Translations under genes and position numbers: made by a program
The notes under the pieces: generated by a model
What the model was told of the DNA's origin: nothing
The model's input: the letters and a program-made list of their open reading frames with translations, nothing else
The model's database searches: none
In this document: piece by piece, positions 9,656 to 20,613 of the stretch
Numbering within the stretch: the stretch's first letter is position 1
Layout of the letters: every line of letters starts with the position of its first letter
Source: Minutocellus sp. GHC0000111
Lineage: Eukaryota
Direction: 5' to 3'
Length of the DNA stretch: 64,000 nt
Assembly: GCA_977018835.1 (NCBI GenBank)
Contig: OZ361257.1
Span: forward strand, 558,001 to 622,000

Positions 9656-12600
9656 ATGTCTTCGAACAACAGCACGTCCTCGTCCGGATCGGCCGGATCG
9701 GCGAGCCGTCCGTCCAACCTCAGCCTCGCCGACCGCATCCGTCTGAGCCGCGAGAGGGAGGAGCGGGACCGCCGCCGCCAGGCCCAGGAGGATCTGCACC
9801 GCCTCCAGGAGCAGTCCAGCCACACGTCGGCCGCCACCGGCGAGGCGCCGTCGTCGGCCGGTCCGACGAGCAGCAGCGGGGAGGAATACACCATGCCGCT
9901 CAATGATCTGAGCGGATCATCTTCTGCCGGCGACGACGGAAACAACAACAGCACCGACGACAGTGTTCGGCCCCAGCACGAACAGCTCCAGGCAGAGGGC
10001 AGCAGCGGCGGTAGCGTCGGCCACATGACCGATGCCAGCGCCAGCGTCGACGAGGCGCGGGGCCTATTGGAACCGGAGGAATCGGTCGCCCCGCCCCTCG
10101 AGCCGGAGGGCGTCCTAGCTCCGGCCAAGACCGACCCGCGACGTTTGTCGTCGCGGTCGTCGTCGCTCATTTCGGAAATTGACGAGTCCGATCAGGACGA
10201 ATCGCAGCAGCAACAACCGCCGCGTCGTCCTTTGACGGCCGGAGCTGGAGCCGGCGGCGGCAGCGTCTTTTCGTATGCCCCGTCCTTGGTGTCCGGCGCC
10301 ATGTCGGCCATGACGGGAACTCTCTCGGCCATGACGGGCTACACCGGCGGCGACGAGGACAACGACAGCGACAGCCGGGAGGACGAGACGGACCAGTCGC
10401 AGGCCGTATCGCGTGCCGCGGGCGCTCCTCCTCCGTCGGTCCACCCCGGAGAGCAAACTCTGGTGGCCCGAGCGACCGCCGAGAACGAAAACGACGACGG
10501 AGGAGACGATCAGGACGACGACGGCAACTCCCTCACCAGCTACGAGAAGAACGTTGCCCTCCACACGGCCGTGCAGCTCGGTGCATTGACGGCCGAGGCC
10601 GGCAACGACGACATGTCCGAGGTGGCCAGCACGTACGACGTGGGAGGTCTATCGGGTTTCGAATCGGCCGTCCCCAGCGTCGGCGGTGGTCGCAGTACCG
10701 CCGGTATTAGCACCGGGGCCATGTCCCGACGGACCATGGGGACCAAGTCGGTGTCGATCGGGGGACTGGAGACAATCGGAGAGGAAGATTCGCAGGCTCT
10801 CCTCGCCGCCGAGGAGGGCATGAGCCGGCAGAATTCTGGACGACGATCGTCGATATCGGGCAGCAGCGGCGCCGCAAGTAGCAGTCACCGTGGCAGCGTC
10901 ATGCAGGCGGCGGCGGGTGCTGGCGGCGTGGCCATGGCCGGACCGGGCCTCCTCGAGCGGGTGGCCAGCGCCTACTCTCGCTCCACCATGGCCAGTGACT
11001 CGTCCCGGAGTCGTTGGTCGACCACCGACGACGAGTACACCACGGCCTACACCAGCGCGAGCGACGAGGACTACACCACGGATTACTCCTACTCCAACCC
11101 ATCCGATAGCAGCCGGTCCTTCTACTCCAAGCCGCGCTTCGGCTTCGGCGACTACTACGGCGCATCGGCTAGGTCGTTCTACACATCGTCAACGTCCGAA
11201 TCCGGAGAGTCCACCGGCGACTCTTCTCGCCCCTCCCTCCTGGATGCTGTCGGTGAGAAGCTGTCTCAGTCCTTCCGTACCCTCGGAACGCGGTCTGAGT
11301 CCGAATCCTCCACCAGCAACTGGGGGTCCAACTCTGATCTACTCACTGGTAACCAGAGAATACCGTCCAAGACCGGCAAGCGAATCCGTCAGGCCGATAT
11401 GATGATCCGCTGTCGGTGGGCGATCCCCGCCAGCATCGTCCTGGCCGTCCTCCTCTTCCTGGCCATTTACCTTGGCCTGCAATCGCGCAAATCCGGCGAC
11501 GCCAAGGGCCTCGACTTTGGCGACGGTGGTGGCCGTGGCGGTATCTACGGCGACGACGATGCCGTCCTGTTCCAGGGCTACACAGGTGAGGGGGACGACA
11601 TCGAGGGTGGTGCATTCGGTCTATATCCCACCGCCTCGCCCGCCGAGATTGTTTCGCAAGTCCCTACCTCCGAGGTGATGATCCACACCGTCCCTACCCT
11701 TCTCGACGACAATAATCCACTTGGAAGCGAGGTGGGCCTCTCCACTACAACCACCGCCACTGAAGTCGCCACCGGATGGGGCGTCCCAGCTGGCCAGCCT
11801 ACTCCTGATCCTGCCTTGCTTCCCAGTCTCGTCCAAGGAGCTGATGGGACCTGGGGTTGGCAGTCTGGTATGCCCACCATTAATCTGGACTCTTCCTTCT
11901 TTGAGAATATCCAGAGCGAGACCAAGACGACTACTACTACCACAACTACCACGGGTAACGGTGGAAGTTTCACCACGGACAGAGATGTGGAACTATCGTG
12001 GAATGTCCCAGCCGGTACGCCAACTCCGGACCCTGCGCTTCTATCCCAAGTCAGCGCTACCGAGGAGACCCTGACTACGACCGAGAATGTTGGATCGCTG
12101 ACTATTACTGGAACAGAGGGAACAGAGACGGAGACAGCGACATTGTCGTGGAACCTTCCTGCAGGTGAGTTATATTTCTTTGAGATATCAGCAGCCGGGT
12201 GTTTTCTCTTTCCAAAGCTAGAATTCTCATGTCTCTTCTCGAATCATTTTTCAGGCTCTCCTACACCGGACCCGCCGTGCCCGTTGCTGCGCCAGTTGCT
12301 GTTCCAACGCCTGCAGTTCAGTGGGGATCCGAGGAGGGTCAGCCTACTCCGCCTCCGGCAATTCTTAGTCAAATTACCACCAACGACGAGGGTGAGGTCA
12401 CGTGGGACGTGCCTGCTGGAAGTCCCACTCCACCTCCTGCAATTCTGAACCAAGCCATCGCTGCCCCGCCGGTAGCCGAACCTACTCCAGCTGTCCAATG
12501 GGCTGCCGCCGAGGCTGGCCAGCCCACACCGCCTCCAGTACTGCTCAGTCAAGTCACCACCAACGACGAGGGTGAAGTTGTATGGGCTGCTCCTGCTGGA

Positions 12601-14183
12601 AGTCCCACGCCTCCCCCGGAGATGTTGAGCCAAGTCACCACTACAACCACGACAGAGGCTGGAACTGATGCCGAAAGTCCTTCCTTCGCCCAGGGACCCG
12701 ATACTACTACTACTACTGATGAAACCACATACGACCGCCCTGTTGAAATTGCTGATTTCTTTGACGAAGAAGAGCGACGTCTATCTGACGAGGTGCAAGA
12801 GACCGAAGGCCCCTTGCCGCCGGATCGTCCTCAGCCAGCTCAGGGTCTTGATACCGAAACTACCACTGACACCGAGGGACCTTCGTTTGCTCAGGGAGGC
12901 GACACTACGACTTCTACCACCGACACCACTGAATCTCGGAGACTACCTATGCCAATGATCTTCCCATCGAGATCTTTGAGCCTGCACCGCCGGCGCCGCA
13001 GCCTGCTCCTCCACCGCAGGATGGACCAAACTTCGCCCAGGGTGCTGGGCCGCCCCCGGCACCAGCCCCTGGACCTGCGCCTGGCCCAGCTCCTGGTGGT
13101 CCGGTCGTCACTACGCAGCAGGTGAGCCCAGGCACCGGGGGATATCCGCAGTATGCACCGAATGCTCCTCTCCCTCCCCCTCCCGAAGGGTACCCGCAGT
13201 ATGCTCCGAACTACGGCGGCTACGGCATGTATCCCGGTGGCTACCCTCAGATGCCTATGTATCCTCAATATCCTCAGTACGCCCCCGTGACGCCGACTCA
13301 GCCCGTCGCTCCTGTCACAACCACTCCTGAGGCCACTACAACTCCTGTGGTCACCACCACTCCCGTCGCAGTGGGCGGTGCAGGCAACCCTGTGGTCATG
13401 CACCACAACATGGAGTTCATCGGTGACTGTCTGAAGGATACATGCATCGCCGATGAAAACGACCATTTCAAGGGCCACTCCCACGAAGACAATGCCATCT
13501 ACGAGATTTTCTACACCAATCCCGTAAAATGCTGTGGAGTCGTGATGGAGATCGGAGCTGGAGATGGACTCGACGGATCAGTTAGTCATTTTTTCGAAGA
13601 AGGATTGAATTGGAAGAGCATTCTCGTCGAGGCCAATCCCGACAAATTCAAGGAGCTCAAGAAGAATCGTCCCGACGCTACCGCTATCAACGCTGGCTTC
13701 TGCGAATCTGGTTCAATGAAGTTCGATGGTGAATTCCACCCCGAGGATCCCGACGAGATTATTTCTGAAGCGGTGTCCACACAACCCTTTAGCGAGGATG
13801 CTAGCGAGGATGTCATGTGCCTTAGCATGAACCCTCTGATTCGCCAAAATCTCAAGGTGACCCATATCGATGTGATGGTCATTCATGTCGACGGAGATCC
13901 TCTTGCCGTCATCCGAAAGATGGACTGGACCGTCCGAGTTGACATTTGGATCATCGTCATGGACAAAAAGACCGAAGAGATGGAAGAAAGGAACAAGGTC
14001 GTCAAATCCGTTCTCGACCGAAACGAATACGTCGAAGCTGAGTGGGACATTAAGCGCTGGTGCGATGAGAGCAACAAGGGACAATGCGAAAACAATACTA
14101 TTTTTTTACGCAAGAACTTCAATCCTTTGTACTTGCAGCGATCACTCAAGGGCAAAAAGCAGTTGCGCGGCAACAGCAAGTGA
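9656..14183 (+). CDS. Large type II membrane protein with Pro/Thr-rich repeats and a C-terminal FkbM-family methyltransferase; intron 12165-12254; two apparent frameshifts (~12272, ~12945)
   Basis: TM segment WAIPASIVLAVLLFLAIYLGL, then WxxPAGxPTP repeats. C-terminal VMEIGAGDGLDGSVSHFFEEGLNWKSILVEANP...IDVMVIHVDG is typical of FkbM/Methyltransf_21. Confidence 0.8.
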
Positions 14184-14223
14184 ACCACCTTGGTCGCTGA
14201 TTAGATATTTTACATAATAATGA

Positions 14224-14243
14224 TAACATTAGAATAGAACTAC
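14224..14243. repeat. Inverted repeat A (partner 15484-15503)
   Basis: TAACATTAGAATAGAACTAC is the exact reverse complement of 15484-15503. Confidence 0.95.
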
Positions 14244-14486
14244 ACGCGCAATTTTTTCGAGTTTTTTTCAAGTCACTTTACCACGCGCAAAACAATTTTG
14301 ACTGATTATTTTATTATCGGTTTCATAGGAGGTCAGACGTTCGGGCATTTGTATTTGTATTACCCTACTGTCACGGGAGAGATTTACACCTCTGAGAATT
14401 TTTGGAATGGAAAACTCAGGCCAACTGGAGAACATTCTGCTGGCTCGCGGTATTTTTGGTAAGAGCAAAGATATATATACTGTATA

Positions 14487-14512
14487 CTCCTGCAACAGGA
14501 TCAAGTATGTTC
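14487..14512. repeat. Inverted repeat B (partner 15862-15887)
   Basis: CTCCTGCAACAGGATCAAGTATGTTC is the exact reverse complement of 15862-15887. Confidence 0.97.
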
Positions 14513-15421
14513 CGACCCACCTCCTCTGAAAATCAACGTTGTGAGGCTCCTCGAGTCCCCACGCCTCGTCGAGGCCACACACTTGTCGTGGTCGGTGATT
14601 CCACCTACCTCTTCGGAGGGTACGGCCGAGCCTGTGTCTGCGGTGGGGCGGAAGGATGTACCTATGGGAATTTCTATCTGAATGATTTATGGCATTTCGA
14701 TGAAGCTGCCCACTCATTCACCATGCTTCGAGAAGCTTCTTTCGGCGAAGATGGCAACTGGCCTTCCGGCAGAGAACTGCATAGCGCAACATCCATGAAT
14801 GACAGAGGCGGTTTTGTCGTTATTGGGGGCAAGGGCGCCAATGGACAAGTCTTTGATGATGTTTGGGAGATATCTGTTGGGAGCACCGTAACGCAGACGA
14901 TCCTTTCAGACCGAGAAGAGGTTCTCATCGATGGTGCCTTTACAAAGGGAGCTTTGACATTTGATGCAGATGAAGACCGCTGTATCGAATCGATCGACGT
15001 TGAGTTATCTCTGCAGCATCCTTGTTTCGAGCAGATCGGAAAGATATAACTTCTGTCCATCAGCGACAACGGCATGTACTTCTACAATGTCTTGGAAGAG
15101 TCTTGGGCTCCTCTGGCTATTGGCAGAGGCACTTCAGAAAACCCACTGGCCCGAGATTCAGCGGCCTACTCCTTTCTGGAAGATAGCTGTGCGATTTTGA
15201 TGCACGGTGGAGGCGCCTATGTATCATCATTCCAATACTCTGATATGTGGGCGGCCTCTTTCGATCATCTATTCAAAGTCGAGATGAAAGGCGTCGAGCA
15301 GAACCGCGCCCATGCTTGTCAGTTGATTCTGAGAAACAAAATTCCTGCTCGTAGCAGGTGGGAGGATATTGTGAAGAGAGCATGGTGCCTCGAACAGTAC
15401 CAGTCCTTTAGGTTTGCCTAG
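14487..15421 (+). pseudogene. Inverted 3' half of the FN3-Kelch gene (Kelch repeats plus P-domain-like segment), with in-frame TAA at 15047-15049
   Basis: PTPRRGHTLVVVGDSTYLFGGYG...LNDLWHFD and WPSGRELHSA...VIGG..VFDDVW are Kelch repeats. It begins with the same PATGSSMF as the end of the minus-strand half. The frame continues past the TAA to 15421. Confidence 0.85.
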
Positions 15422-15483
15422 CTAAATCTGACTCTAGCTAGACCACGAAAAAGTTAGTTCAGGCACAAGAGATAGTGTGTACG

Positions 15484-15503
15484 GTAGTTCTATTCTAATG
15501 TTA
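15484..15503. repeat. Inverted repeat A' (partner 14224-14243)
   Basis: GTAGTTCTATTCTAATGTTA. Confidence 0.95.
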
Positions 15504-15666
15504 CAATATGTAATATATCTTTGCTTGGTTGAGCTAGATCTACATGTATGTATGCTCCCAGCAGGAATGGTCTGTTCGTCGTTGGTGGTGAGATTTGACC
15601 GTTGGTCTTTGTAGCAACGATCACCTCCTAGCTAGTACCTAGCTAGGCATTCGTTGCTGATTTGTA

Positions 15667-15715
15667 ATATATATATATATTATATATGTATATATATGTA
15701 TATATATATATATAT
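15667..15715. repeat. Imperfect (TA)n microsatellite
   Basis: Directly visible in the sequence. Confidence 0.9.
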
Positions 15716-15720
15716 GTTAG

Positions 15721-15843
15721 TCCCAAAATGCGCACTGTCCCAGTTCGCGAACTGGGATCCCAGTTTGCGAACTGAGATTCATTTATCCCAGTTTGCGCAC
15801 TGGGCCCCAGTTCCCAAACTAGGATCTCAGTTTGCGCACTGAT
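15721..15843. repeat. Cluster of palindromic units, approximately CCCAGTTYGCGMACTGGG
   Basis: About 5-6 related units, including the perfect 20-bp palindrome TCCCAGTTCGCGAACTGGGA. Confidence 0.85.
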
Positions 15844-15861
15844 ACTACCAGAATGGAAACT

Positions 15862-15887
15862 GAACATACTTGATCCTGTTGCAGGAG
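15862..15887. repeat. Inverted repeat B' (partner 14487-14512)
   Basis: GAACATACTTGATCCTGTTGCAGGAG; encodes PATGSSMF on the minus strand. Confidence 0.97.
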
Positions 15888-17355
15888 CCCCCCCTTGGAC
15901 ATGGATCTGCTTCCAATAATTGACTGGAATTGCAGGAGAGACGAACTGAGCCACGGGGGTCCGTCCACTCGGGCCCACCAACCGTGCGCAGTAAGGTGTA
16001 ATAGGTACCACCTCTTTGATCGTCACCTCTGTATCTTCGGAATAAATGTGCGCTGCCGTGAGATATTCTTCCGAGCAGTTGGTCAGTGGCTCGTTACCAG
16101 AGCCCTCCCGTCCCATCGAAAGTTCTAACTCATGCTTGGATGAGAGGGGCTGAATTGAATTGCGCGGCCAGGTGAAAGTTGCACAATTGTGCTGAAGATC
16201 AATAATAACAAGCTCCAATAAACCGTCAACCCGACCCGGTGTAAACGATGGCTCAAAGAAGAGACCATTGGTTGAATGTGTTGGAAGCTTTGTCTGCCCT
16301 TGGACTGGATCGGTCCAATGTCCCTCTCCCATGGCATTGGTAGCTCGGACCCTTGCATCGTAGTACTCGTACGCGTCGAGATTATCAATAATGGCACCAA
16401 GCTCGGTCTTGTACGTTGCTTCCATGGCAGATTGAAGCCTCCGTATGAAAGGGAAACGAGAGATATGACCCCCGAGGGTGCTGTTGTGCACCTGCAGGAG
16501 TGGAAAGGGCGATAAATAGGATTCAAACTCGATCCGCCATTCAAAGATAGTTTTCGATAGCGCCGGGATTTCACTAGATGCATCCTCGACTATCCAGACT
16601 CGAGTTGGTCCAATGCCTTCAATCTCCGCAAGTGCTCGTTGGAATTCTTCTGCGGTCGCATTCCAGGCGATTGATCCGGAGATTGGATCCGAAGGAACGT
16701 CACTTGGACCGACACTGGCCCGAAGCCAAAAGAAAGCGCTGCTCATGTTTGCATTTGCATCAATGGTTGTTGACACGAGCTGAATCTCTTTCTTGCGAGG
16801 GGATTCAACCGATGATACTGGGCGAGTATCGATCCAAACGTTGTCGTTTTCATTATTTGCAATCCTATACTGGACGTTGTATGAATCAATCGGGGCTTCT
16901 TCTGCAGTTGAGTCCAAAGGCGGGGACCATTTGAGCTCAATAGAATCAGACGAGGAAGAAGCAACTCGAAGATCACCTGGTACACCTGGCGCAGATGGCA
17001 GTGTCGTGACTGCTTCACTGGACTCGCTCCAGGGAGAATATTCTCCCTCACCTGCTGTGCGGACGCGGAACCGGTATTGGGTGTTTGGCTGAAGTCCGTC
17101 AGCAGTGAGTGCGACTGCTGTTCCAGGCACCGAGGGCACAGGAGCTTGCACGTCGGTAGAGACCCATTGCCCCTTCTCGTTGTAAGTTTGCAGCTCGAAG
17201 AAAAGCAATTGTGACGAATTATCTTTTTCTAATGACTTAGCATACAGCACAAGCTGATTGGAGCCTCGGCTGGCCAGAATTGGCGCTGGAGGGCGACTCA
17301 AAGCAGACACAGTTGCGCTGAGAGTCGCTAGAAGTAGGAGCAGTAGCATCGTCAT
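15862..17355 (-). CDS. 5' half of a secreted fibronectin type III / Kelch protein, truncated by the inversion
   Basis: Signal peptide MTMLLLLLLATLSATVSA. FN3 motifs GLQPNTQYRFRVR, PGVPGDL..SIELKWSPP..IDSYNVQYR and NLDAYEYYDARVRATNAMGEG. After PATGSSMF the ORF runs into repeat DNA. Confidence 0.85.
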
Positions 17356-17429
17356 GAATAGGATCCGGCATGCGCGGCAGGTGTGCAAAAAAATGACCAG
17401 ATTCTCAATCATTTATTTCCTCTCATCCT

Positions 17430-19229
17430 TCAACGAATCAAAGATGACATCTGCTTCTGAACCTTTCGCAGACTGGCCTCCAGCATTCTACATAGACTCT
17501 GTTCCGCCGCGGCAATGCCCACCCGTTGACATATCGTCGCAACGTCCAAAGTCTCCAACACATCCTGCGCCGTCGATAGCTCCGACACAGCATCCAAAAG
17601 TAGTCCCAGCAAACCTCGAGTCTCTACGTCGACGGCATCGCCCTCGATGCATACCCGATACCGGCGTACGGAATTTTCCAGAGGGATGAGGACGGTCCGT
17701 ACTCGCACCTGATCCTTTCTCGTAAAGGATGCAATGGTACTGCTGCTAGTACTGGCGGCATCATCGGCTTCGCCAACAATCACATCCTCAAAGGGACAGC
17801 TTCGCACAGGTATCGAGCAGCACGGTCCACCACTGTCGGCGTGGTCGGGTCTTACCCCAGCCCTGTGGGTGGGATGATGATAACACCTTACAAAGACCTC
17901 GCGGCAGGTAACAATCTCGGGCGGTACATCGTCCCCCTCGGGACTGTACGTCCGTTCGACGACCTGGATGGTGTCGTCGGTGCTGGGGGGTAAGCTCGAT
18001 CGTTCGTCGGTGGTAAGGTAGGAGGAGGCCGAGGTGAGGTATCGCTCGGTGCGCTCGATGAGTCCCCCGTTGGAGGAGAGGGTGGAGGCGATGAAGGATC
18101 GACCCTCCCACTGCGATCGGCGGTGAATTTTGCGTTTGTTGTTGTTGCTGGTCTTGTCGTTGGTGGTGTTGGCTCTGGGATCGGTGGTAGGGTCTTGGGA
18201 AGAGGACGTGCCGGCTGCACTGCTCGTCGAAGCAGCCGCACTGCGCCTCATCCGGTCCTGGCGACTGCCACGGGCGTGTCCACCAAACAAAGCGGACTTG
18301 TCGGTGCACTCCTCGTCCCACCCGTCGTCGTCGACCTCGTACACCTGCACCCTCCGTCCCCAGTCGGTATCAATCTCAAAGACGGCTCCACCACCGGCGC
18401 CCTCCGATACCGGCCGAACGAAGCGGTAGCGCTGGCAGTACTCCCGGGTGAGTTCGCGCTGGGCCCGATCGGCAGGCAGGCCGTGCGCGGCAAGGTACTC
18501 GGCAACGTTGTCGGACATGGCATTGCAGCGACGCCAGTGGGAGCGGGGAGTCGAGGCGTCGAAGGCGAACTGATGCTGGGCGCGGGGGTAGGCCTGACCT
18601 CTGGTCTGGAGGGTCCGGTGTGCCTCGAAGGTGGCCGAGGCTGGTGATGTTGTTCTGGATGTGTTGTCTGCTGCTGCTGCATCTTTGGCGATACCACCGT
18701 TGGTATGGCTGGTAGACGCAGCAGACGGCGCCAGCGTTTGCGGCAACAACTGCGAGCTCATATTTTCTATTTGCGCCTGAGGCGGCTGCTGTTCCAGCTG
18801 CTGATCGAAATTGTTTTCGTCGGTGCTGCTACAGCATGTGTTGCACTCTTTCGAGGCGGTGCACGAAGTTGCAATGGCCTCATCTAGTACTGCCGTCGTT
18901 GCTGCTGGTGATTGTGGAGCCCGTGGTGCCACAGGCGAGATACCTTGCATCTGCCTGGCGGTACCGGCGGCGCTACCGGTATCCGTCTCGCAGGGCATGG
19001 ACGAAATCGAAGTCATTGAGTCCTTCCGAACGCCACTGCCACTGGCGCCGACGGCGGCAGGAGATTTACCACCAGCCGCAGACGCCGAGAGGCCCATCAG
19101 ATCCGGGGCAGAATTTGTGTACGGCATCCTCTCCTTGATACCGGATGTGGAACTGCTGCTGCTACTGCAAGTACGTGTTGTTGTCGTCGTCGTTGGCCGG
19201 TAGAAGCAGCGGGGGGTCTCGGCAAGCAT
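17430..19229 (-). CDS. Hypothetical protein with low-complexity N-terminus and possible FABP/lipocalin-like central domain
   Basis: Long ORF; WRRCNAMSDNVAEYLAAHGLP ... WEG ... VTCREVFVR recalls FABP motifs. The start is uncertain (the ORF opens at 19394). Confidence 0.6.
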   Translation of the reverse strand: MLAETPRCFYRPTTTTTTRTCSSSSSSTSGIKERMPYTNSAPDLMGLSASAAGGKSPAAVGASGSGVRKDSMTSISSMPCETDTGSAAGTARQMQGISPVAPRAPQSPAATTAVLDEAIATSCTASKECNTCCSSTDENNFDQQLEQQPPQAQIENMSSQLLPQTLAPSAASTSHTNGGIAKDAAAADNTSRTTSPASATFEAHRTLQTRGQAYPRAQHQFAFDASTPRSHWRRCNAMSDNVAEYLAAHGLPADRAQRELTREYCQRYRFVRPVSEGAGGGAVFEIDTDWGRRVQVYEVDDDGWDEECTDKSALFGGHARGSRQDRMRRSAAASTSSAAGTSSSQDPTTDPRANTTNDKTSNNNKRKIHRRSQWEGRSFIASTLSSNGGLIERTERYLTSASSYLTTDERSSLPPSTDDTIQVVERTYSPEGDDVPPEIVTCREVFVRCYHHPTHRAGVRPDHADSGGPCCSIPVRSCPFEDVIVGEADDAASTSSSTIASFTRKDQVRVRTVLIPLENSVRRYRVCIEGDAVDVETRGLLGLLLDAVSELSTAQDVLETLDVATICQRVGIAAAEQSLCRMLEASLRKVQKQMSSLIR

Positions 19230-19821
19230 CGTGCTTCTTCTTATGGGCTGGTCGACGAGGTGCTCTGCTCGTATGGGCCTGTCTCCCCTTGTGCTAATGT
19301 CAAATCTCTCTGCTAGTCTATCCTTCTGCATGCATTCACAATAAAGCTCGTAATAGAGTAATGGAATGGAGCAAATTGGAAGTGCAAGGAACAATTAATT
19401 GGAAAACGCGGTACCGCGAGCTTTGATCATCGGTGGACCACCCATCAAACCTCCCGCCAGCGATGCCCGCCAGAAAGTCGACTTCAAACACGTGTTATGG
19501 GAGGGTCTCATGATAAGTGATTTTGATTTACATTCTAAGAAAAAGAAATAAAAAATGTATATAATTGTATGTATTACTTGATAAGACGTGTTGTAAATTG
19601 TGTTATTATTTCAGATGCGTTGTGCGTCAGCTCCAATGGAATTGAGGGATCTTGCACTTGGACAAGAATGGGGAACTCCTCTAAAATCATCAAGGAAAAC
19701 CGAACGCTCTTTGTCGCAAAAAAAATTCAAAAAAAATTCACGTACTGATCTGGGCACACTGCGTACATGTAGCTAGACTAGATTTACTGATACGAGTACA
19801 TCTCCCATGTGCTTATTCCTA

Positions 19822-20253
19822 GAGGAGTTGCCAAAATAAGGCGGAAGTTGAGGTGATGTTGGTTTTCGATGATGACTAAAAAAGTAAATGAAACCGGCTA
19901 GTGCTCTTGTAAATTGAAGTACTAGGTGTGGTAACTGCCTCCAAAAATCGGGAGTCGCTCATTTTGACGAGAAGGTGCCAAGCAGAGGGAAAAGAAATTT
20001 CGAGACTCCGACTCGAGCTCTGACCGAGTGACGAAACAAGGCGGCTAACAAACTACTAGTAAATGGGCTTGGTCCCGTCAAAAAATATATTGGTCCCGCC
20101 TCCCTCGAAGGGGGGCAGATGAGCGTTTTGGTAGTGGTTACCTACTAGTAGCGCTTGCTTCTACTAGCAATTACCTAGTGGCTGCAGTCAGGGTTGGCAG
20201 ATGACAAGTAGCTCCGCCTTATAAAGTGCACCGCCTTATTTTGGCAGCTCCTC
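19822..20253. mobile_element. Non-autonomous MITE with 23-bp TIRs and TA flanks (IS630/Tc1/mariner-like TSD)
   Basis: Left end TA|GAGGAGTTGCCAAAATAAGGCGG; right end CCGCCTTATTTTGGCAGCTCCTC|TA (1 mismatch). No ORF inside; an extra CCGCCTTAT subterminal copy lies near 20214. Confidence 0.85.
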
Positions 20254-20613
20254 TACGTAAGTTATAATGCGCAGCAGCGATACTCAAAGAAAAATTAGCG
20301 ACTTCCAAATCAAACAATCAGAAGACCAAGAGTTTTCATGTTTTTTTTTCTCAGGCCTCGACAAAACCAACATCATTTGACAAATTGATTCAGTTGAGAT
20401 CGTCATTCAATTCAAATTCTTGTCCTTCCGTTGCTTATTTCGTCGTCCCGACGTTCATCTGCATCGACACCGCACCAAAAAAGAACACCGGACAACGAAT
20501 ACCATGCAGGTGCACAGGTACTACACATGGAAAAATACATTTCTATGCAACATGACCCCAAAACAAGCAAGATCCACGCGTTATAAAGACCAAAAACGTA
20601 CACCCACACAGTG

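Noticed and set aside
15721..15843. CRISPR-like array
   Set aside because: The units are degenerate and abut without unique spacers; the context is eukaryotic and there are no cas genes.
15643..15861. C-terminal tail of the 589-aa ORF (...YIYIYTYIYIY)
   Set aside because: It is read-through into palindromic repeats and (TA)n after the inversion breakpoint, not real coding sequence.
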